Shown here piece after piece: positions 43,668-48,886 of a stretch of 48,886 nucleotides of DNA. Source of the DNA: a virus (Duplodnaviria; Caudoviricetes); IMG/VR virus record IMGVR_UViG_3300032261_000011, positions 1-48,886 of that record, one strand, 5' to 3'. Position numbers and translations under genes: made by a program. Each line of letters starts with the position of its first letter. The first letter of the stretch is position 1. The notes below the pieces were generated by a model. That model worked only from the letters and a program-made list of their open reading frames with translations. It was not told where the DNA came from and did no database searches.

Positions 43668-45517
43668 TATCGTACAACCTTTATTGGGCCTTTCGGAGTT
43701 TTAGTCTCCAGTTGCTTCTTGTATTGCATCTTAATCAAGTTCGCGATGTATTGTTCCTGAATCTTGTCATCATTCCAATCCGGATGGTCCCGACGGATTA
43801 TATCGGCTGCTCCCTCAGGAACTCCTTCTTTCTGAATGTTCTGCCACAGATTCTGGTAATAAGGGTCATTCTTTCCCAAGCCAAAAGTTAGCCAGCTAGC
43901 AGTGCCCGGAACCTCAGCCGTTAAAGCTTTACCCAACGTTCGAATCTCTTCGTCACTTGGAGGCTTTAATGCCTCGCCAGTCATAGCCTTTATTTCAAGC
44001 TGTAAGGAACCGGTCAGCCAATGATACGCGGTTGGATCAGTTGCTTCAGTCAGGTTCTGTGGCCAGATTCCAGCATCCTTCATTATCCTGACGGCCCTAG
44101 AAACGTTCGGATCTTTCTCTGGAGCCAGCTTCTTCTTGTCTTGAAGATCGAATAGCTTATCCCGTTGACTTCTGGTTAGTTTGTCGTACTTCTCGTCCCA
44201 GAGATTAACAGCAACGAATTGATCTGGATGCTCGTCTGCCAATCCGTGCAATCCCCTATACATCATGTCCCCTTCTTTCGTTGGGGCAACATCCTTCCTT
44301 GCATTATGCTCAGCCGCTCTCATAAGGCTGGCATAAAGGCTAGGAGACTGTTCTCGAAGGGCATCCAATGCTAAGCTGACTTTCGTTCCCTTAGCTCTAA
44401 TCTCGTCCTCGCTTATCGGCAATGCCCCTGGCTGACCATTCTGGTCATAACCGTTTAGTGCATTCTTAACAACGTCAAAGTTCCGCTTGTTAATGTCCAC
44501 AACGTCCTTCTCATATTTACCATAACCAGCCCGAACGTTGTTAAGCAATTTCTCCGTTACCATTTCCTTTAGGCCTTCAGGGTAATTCTGCTCGTCAATC
44601 CACTTCAATGCCTCATTCGTTCTTTCACCTAATGTTTTCTCTGGCTTATGCGTTGCTACGTCCTTATCGTACAGATCCCCATTGATTTCCTTTTCTTTGT
44701 TCCTTCCAATCGCTCCAGCATACCGATTCCAAATGTACGCTTGCACCCTTGCAGCTTCATCCCCTTCAATAACTCCGGCATCAATGGATTTCTCAAAGTC
44801 ATCGAGGGCCTTTATTGGCTTAATGTCGGCCATTCCCTTAAGATAATTGCTTATTCCCTTCAGTTTCTTGTCGTGTTTCCACTTCTCGATTATCGGATCA
44901 TCGTCAGGAACGCCCTTTAATCCCGCCTTTGTCTTAGCATCCTCCTCAATCTTCGCGTAATATGCATCCAACTTGTCAGCATCGGGACTTCTGTACAGGT
45001 CAGCGGCAGCATTATCGGCAATCGCTTCAACCGTTTGATCGTGGTATGCTCTGTCTTGCCTCGCTGCATGGCCAATAGAGGTCTTAACGTTTGAACGAGA
45101 ATGAGCGAACATATATGTGTCATAATGACGCTTTGCACTCTCATTCGTTAACTGACCACGGTATTGATCCTCAATGCCTCGCATATTCCCCAAATGCGAT
45201 TGTAATGTGTCCCTTGCGTCCTTTCCTTCCGTTGCCAAATATTGTTCTTGAGGCGTTGCTCCTGCATCAATCGCTTGACTGGCTTTCTCTCTGGCATCAC
45301 TTTCGTTCTGAAGCTCTTGAAGCGCATTTGCCCTTTGGAATAACTCTTGCCCAGTCTTGCTAACCTCCCCACCAAGGCCAGCCATAGCACGGCCAATATT
45401 AACGCCAAACGCCTCTTCAAATGGCGCTTGGATATGGAGCGGCCGTGGCCCTTCCGTAGTCGGTTGAGCCGTTGAGTACGGTCGGTATTCTGCCGCTGCT
45501 GTCGGTACCCTAGGCAT
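43667..45517 (-). CDS. Internal virion (ejection) protein (616 aa)
   Basis: MPRVPT N-terminus; helical; lies between gp14-like and gp16-like genes. Confidence 0.75.
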   Translation of the reverse strand: MPRVPTAAAEYRPYSTAQPTTEGPRPLHIQAPFEEAFGVNIGRAMAGLGGEVSKTGQELFQRANALQELQNESDAREKASQAIDAGATPQEQYLATEGKDARDTLQSHLGNMRGIEDQYRGQLTNESAKRHYDTYMFAHSRSNVKTSIGHAARQDRAYHDQTVEAIADNAAADLYRSPDADKLDAYYAKIEEDAKTKAGLKGVPDDDPIIEKWKHDKKLKGISNYLKGMADIKPIKALDDFEKSIDAGVIEGDEAARVQAYIWNRYAGAIGRNKEKEINGDLYDKDVATHKPEKTLGERTNEALKWIDEQNYPEGLKEMVTEKLLNNVRAGYGKYEKDVVDINKRNFDVVKNALNGYDQNGQPGALPISEDEIRAKGTKVSLALDALREQSPSLYASLMRAAEHNARKDVAPTKEGDMMYRGLHGLADEHPDQFVAVNLWDEKYDKLTRSQRDKLFDLQDKKKLAPEKDPNVSRAVRIMKDAGIWPQNLTEATDPTAYHWLTGSLQLEIKAMTGEALKPPSDEEIRTLGKALTAEVPGTASWLTFGLGKNDPYYQNLWQNIQKEGVPEGAADIIRRDHPDWNDDKIQEQYIANLIKMQYKKQLETKTPKGPIKVVR

Positions 45518-46059
45518 TATCCAAATGTCTTCTTGTAGCTCATATAGTCGGAACTAACTCCACCAGCCGCTCCGAGAATCGAAGCAACCGCAGAATACTT
45601 ACTTGCCGTTACTGCTCGATCTGCTGCCATCATGTCAAGACTTCCTTCAGCTTCATACTTAACGGCTTCAACCTGATGTCCATAAGCCCGCCTAGCGGCA
45701 TTGGCTCGAATGATTCCCTGCTGCTGCGCTCCAACGTCAAGTTCGGCGGTAATGACGTTCTGCGAGGTTCCTCGACCCATATCAAGCCCACTCGCCGATT
45801 GTGCTGCCCTTGTTTGACCAACTTCAAAACGTGTCTTCATTCCCGATTGTTGAGCCTCAACATCGCCAACTTTGTACTCGTATTCGGCATTCTGAAGTTC
45901 GATCTGCCTATTCAATCGCGCAACGCCAGCTTGATACTGATACATTTGCGCTTGGGCTTGGCCGGAATAAAGCTGACCCATGCCCTGAACGATGCCGCCA
46001 GCGGCCCTTGCAGCCATCCCGCCAACAGCAATCACCCCTAAAGAGACAGGATCAGCCAT
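45517..46059 (-). CDS. Internal virion protein B-like (gp14-like)
   Basis: Hydrophobic Gly/Ala N-terminus; GQTRAAQSASGLDM..GT motif. Confidence 0.8.
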   Translation of the reverse strand: MADPVSLGVIAVGGMAARAAGGIVQGMGQLYSGQAQAQMYQYQAGVARLNRQIELQNAEYEYKVGDVEAQQSGMKTRFEVGQTRAAQSASGLDMGRGTSQNVITAELDVGAQQQGIIRANAARRAYGHQVEAVKYEAEGSLDMMAADRAVTASKYSAVASILGAAGGVSSDYMSYKKTFG

Positions 46060-46483
46060 TCTTCTTCCTTATCTGAAACGGAATCCATTCTCCATTTGGC
46101 TCTCCAAGCCTTGCTCCAAGCCACTTTAACCAACGAATGCTCTTTGGCTGTCTAATGTTGCAGTTCCCGACCAATATCTCATAATCCTGCAACATCATAT
46201 CGACCATTAACTGAGAATGCCTCACGAACAGAAATTGATGATTATCCACCTTGTCCGTTGTTAGCAACCAAAGATACGCATTGTTCGACATCACTGTTGG
46301 CGGAACTAATCCCCAAACGCATACAACTTCGTTGTCGACCCTTCCAACCCAAGAAACTTCACTTATCCTCAAAGCCATCATTAACTTTTTATCTGCGCCG
46401 ACAATGCCCGCCACTGGAGAATGACTGATTATCTCCTGAATATTGAGGCTATCTCGAATGCGATCAATAGCGACTACTGTCAC
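46052..46483 (-). CDS. Internal virion protein A-like / GNAT-fold protein (gp13-like)
   Basis: VVCVWG..WLLTT..SIRWLKWLG; GTG start overlapping the nozzle stop. Confidence 0.75.
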   Translation of the reverse strand: MTVVAIDRIRDSLNIQEIISHSPVAGIVGADKKLMMALRISEVSWVGRVDNEVVCVWGLVPPTVMSNNAYLWLLTTDKVDNHQFLFVRHSQLMVDMMLQDYEILVGNCNIRQPKSIRWLKWLGARLGEPNGEWIPFQIRKKNG

Positions 46484-48886
46484 TTTGGCGTGTCCCCAAG
46501 ATCCACTTCCGGCATGACTCCAAGAACCGTTGCAGGAAGCGGTTGACTCTGTTGAATGCAATACTGTCCCGGCACATCAAAAGAAGGATCAAGAACCGTT
46601 CTAGCGTCACCAGTAACAAGATCAGTCACAACTCCATTGGACATTGTTCCAACGTTCCCAACAACAAGATCTTTCATTGAAACCTGTGAGCCAGCAGAAA
46701 AAGTCTTTCCAATCGTCAATCCAAGTGCATCCTCAACTCGAACCGTTACGGCCGGAATCTTCTTTCGCTTGCTTTGAATCGTCGGATCACCAGTATCAAG
46801 ACGAAGCGTCTGAAGTTGACAAGTATAACCAAGCCCAAGGACCACAACCGAAGCGGGCGTGCTTAACGTTATCGTCCCTTGAGCCGAAACCACCTGTGGC
46901 GGAATCACTTTTCCGTCTGCAAGTCCGGTTACAGTCTGTCCAACCAAGTGCCAAAGTCCAGTAATCGTTGTAGCTGGATTCCCAGTATATTGAAGAGCAC
47001 AGTCCACAGCCCATGTATTCACAGCTGCTCCAAGGATAAACCGATCAGCAATCCTTTCAATGAATTGATTCCACATTCCATTGATGAAACGTTGGACAAC
47101 CACATAAGTAGCATCAACGTCTACAGTCCCCATCGTTGGACCAGCATTCGCCGCTTCTGTCACCGAGCAAACCGACATGTAATTTCCATTGGTATCATGC
47201 CTTGCCCAACCAACAACCTCCTGTTCCTTAAGAAAAGTCAGTGAAAGCATGATCCCATCGGTTCTAACGGCCCAAGCAACCTTATATGGTTCTTCTGCCC
47301 AAGCCCACTCCTTGATTTGCTTGCCGAAGAACAGATGACTTGAAAGAACCGAGATGTCGGTTCCAGTATAGATCTGAGTGTAGAAGTTGAAGGTTAAATC
47401 ACGGACGATAGATCCCTTAGATTGAACGTAGAGGATATCGTAGTTAACCAGTAACGGCGGAATGTCCGAAACACCATTGTATGCTTCAGAATGGGCAACG
47501 GCATCAATCGGCGTAACAGGCGATCCAGCCGATCCACCATCCAGAAGAAAAGCTTGGCGGTCACAGAGCATCATCAAGCCGGTTGGCATTGCAGCCATAG
47601 ACCGAATCGTGTTCAAGGTGTTAGACACAATCGAGCCTTCAATAGCATCGTCAGCTTGAATTGGATTGCTAACATTAAAGTTGAAGAAGCTTCCCGGTTG
47701 ACTCCCAAAGAATGTTTGAACTCCCTGCGGCGGTGCAGCTAGATAGAGCCGTTGCTGAAAGAAAGTTGGGACAGTTGGATTGCCAAGGCTAAGTGGATCG
47801 ACACCGCCAGAAGTCCCACCAGAAACAACCGCAGTCGCCGTTGCTCCAGCAGGAGTGAAGGTAACGGCTGGAGGAGCCCCAACAACATAGCCCGAGCCAG
47901 CAACCGTTATGTTCGCTCCACCAACGCCCCAAACAACGTTAGCATAGGCAAATTGATTGGAGAAGCCAGCATGACCTTGAATTGGATTCGGAGGTGGATT
48001 AGCAAACGTTTGACCAGCAGAGGCACCTGGATAATTAACGGCGTTCCAAGCGGTAACATAACTAATCCCACCAATCACAACCGCCGAAGCAACAACCAAA
48101 GTTACCGGAATAGTAGAACCAGGAATAGGAAAGTTAACGGCTTGTCCAACGACATAACCACCGTTGACGCTTCCACCAGCACCACCCGCGACAGTTGGTG
48201 CCCCTGCTGCAAGGGAAATTGATAACCAAGGTTGAAATACCGCTTGCGTTCCCGATGCTGGCGGTGGCACGGTCATCGTTGGTACTACTGTATATGAGCC
48301 GGGAGCGGTAATGTTGACCAAAGAAATGCTACCGGCCGCAGTAGCAATGACAGGAGGGCTAAGCTCGAAGTTCGGTGGAGTCCCTGAGTCTATGAACGTT
48401 GTGCTAGTAGCATTCCCAATAAAACCAAACTGACTTCCTAATGGCACCGCCCCTGCATAAGATTCATTAGCTTTATAGACATTATAGCTCACTGGAACGC
48501 CCGGAAAAGCCGAGGTCTGCACAGGAGGCGTCCAAGTGACCGTGTTGGTTAGTTGCGTAGTGTGCATATCGGCCGCGGACACCGTTGCATAAGGCGAGCT
48601 AGGAGAGCTTTCTTGACCATTAGAATCGACAGAAGTCACTACATACGCATAATGAACTGTTCCAGCACTCGTCGTTGCAACCGCTACTCCCGTTGGTACT
48701 CCTACAGTCGATCCGAATGTTATACCAGTAAGTGTCCACTTCGTCGCCAAGATAAGAGTCAGCATCATAGGCGGATGGTTCGGGTGACAAAGTATAAGCT
48801 GATTAACAATTTGAGCATACTTGATTAACGCCAATTCACTCGACAAGTATGGAGAGGCGAGCTTATAGATCCGCTGTGTGGTTCCT
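46480..48886 (-). CDS. Tail nozzle / tail tubular protein B-like, C-terminal part
   Basis: PTVPTFFQQRL, GTDISVLSSHLF, EQEVVGWARH, VDCALQY, GLWHLVGQTV..LADG; frame open to the window end. Confidence 0.88.
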   Translation of the reverse strand, partial: GTTQRIYKLASPYLSSELALIKYAQIVNQLILCHPNHPPMMLTLILATKWTLTGITFGSTVGVPTGVAVATTSAGTVHYAYVVTSVDSNGQESSPSSPYATVSAADMHTTQLTNTVTWTPPVQTSAFPGVPVSYNVYKANESYAGAVPLGSQFGFIGNATSTTFIDSGTPPNFELSPPVIATAAGSISLVNITAPGSYTVVPTMTVPPPASGTQAVFQPWLSISLAAGAPTVAGGAGGSVNGGYVVGQAVNFPIPGSTIPVTLVVASAVVIGGISYVTAWNAVNYPGASAGQTFANPPPNPIQGHAGFSNQFAYANVVWGVGGANITVAGSGYVVGAPPAVTFTPAGATATAVVSGGTSGGVDPLSLGNPTVPTFFQQRLYLAAPPQGVQTFFGSQPGSFFNFNVSNPIQADDAIEGSIVSNTLNTIRSMAAMPTGLMMLCDRQAFLLDGGSAGSPVTPIDAVAHSEAYNGVSDIPPLLVNYDILYVQSKGSIVRDLTFNFYTQIYTGTDISVLSSHLFFGKQIKEWAWAEEPYKVAWAVRTDGIMLSLTFLKEQEVVGWARHDTNGNYMSVCSVTEAANAGPTMGTVDVDATYVVVQRFINGMWNQFIERIADRFILGAAVNTWAVDCALQYTGNPATTITGLWHLVGQTVTGLADGKVIPPQVVSAQGTITLSTPASVVVLGLGYTCQLQTLRLDTGDPTIQSKRKKIPAVTVRVEDALGLTIGKTFSAGSQVSMKDLVVGNVGTMSNGVVTDLVTGDARTVLDPSFDVPGQYCIQQSQPLPATVLGVMPEVDLGDTPK

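Noticed and set aside
1-48886. T7-like (Autographiviridae) assignment; tRNA genes; alternative genetic code
   Set aside because: No single-subunit RNAP is present, no cloverleaf was found by eye, and genes read intact in the standard code with all three stop codons used.

Overview
The window is an essentially complete, circularly permuted ~48.9 kb podovirus-type dsDNA phage genome. The gene cut at the left edge continues in frame at the right edge if the 2-nt terminal 'ct' overlap is collapsed. The minus strand carries a BPP-1/epsilon15-like virion module: small and large terminase, portal, scaffold, major capsid, cement, fibre/lectin genes, tail adaptor and nozzle, three ejection proteins and an amidase endolysin. 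The plus strand (18.9-36.6 kb) carries small early genes and a replication/recombination module: UvrD-like helicase, PD-(D/E)XK nuclease, Sak4-like ATPase, SSB-like protein, a family-A DNA polymerase split into UDG+exonuclease and polymerase genes, and a DUF3987-like ATPase. I found no recognisable integrase, phage RNA polymerase, primase or tRNA. CTTGAC-type sigma70 promoters and GAAC-N7-GAAC boxes suggest an alphaproteobacterial host (inference). The main unusual signals are: (1) at least five genes in the virion operon, including the main fibre-like protein, begin with Sec or Tat export signal peptides; (2) the PolA is split inside its proofreading domain and has His at the 762 position; (3) a ~250-bp palindrome of helically phased repeats surrounds a T13 tract; (4) nine unrelated proteins end in R-R/K-[V/I/M]; (5) LexA-like boxes occur in early intergenic DNA. 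All family assignments come from motif recognition and gene order, not database searches.
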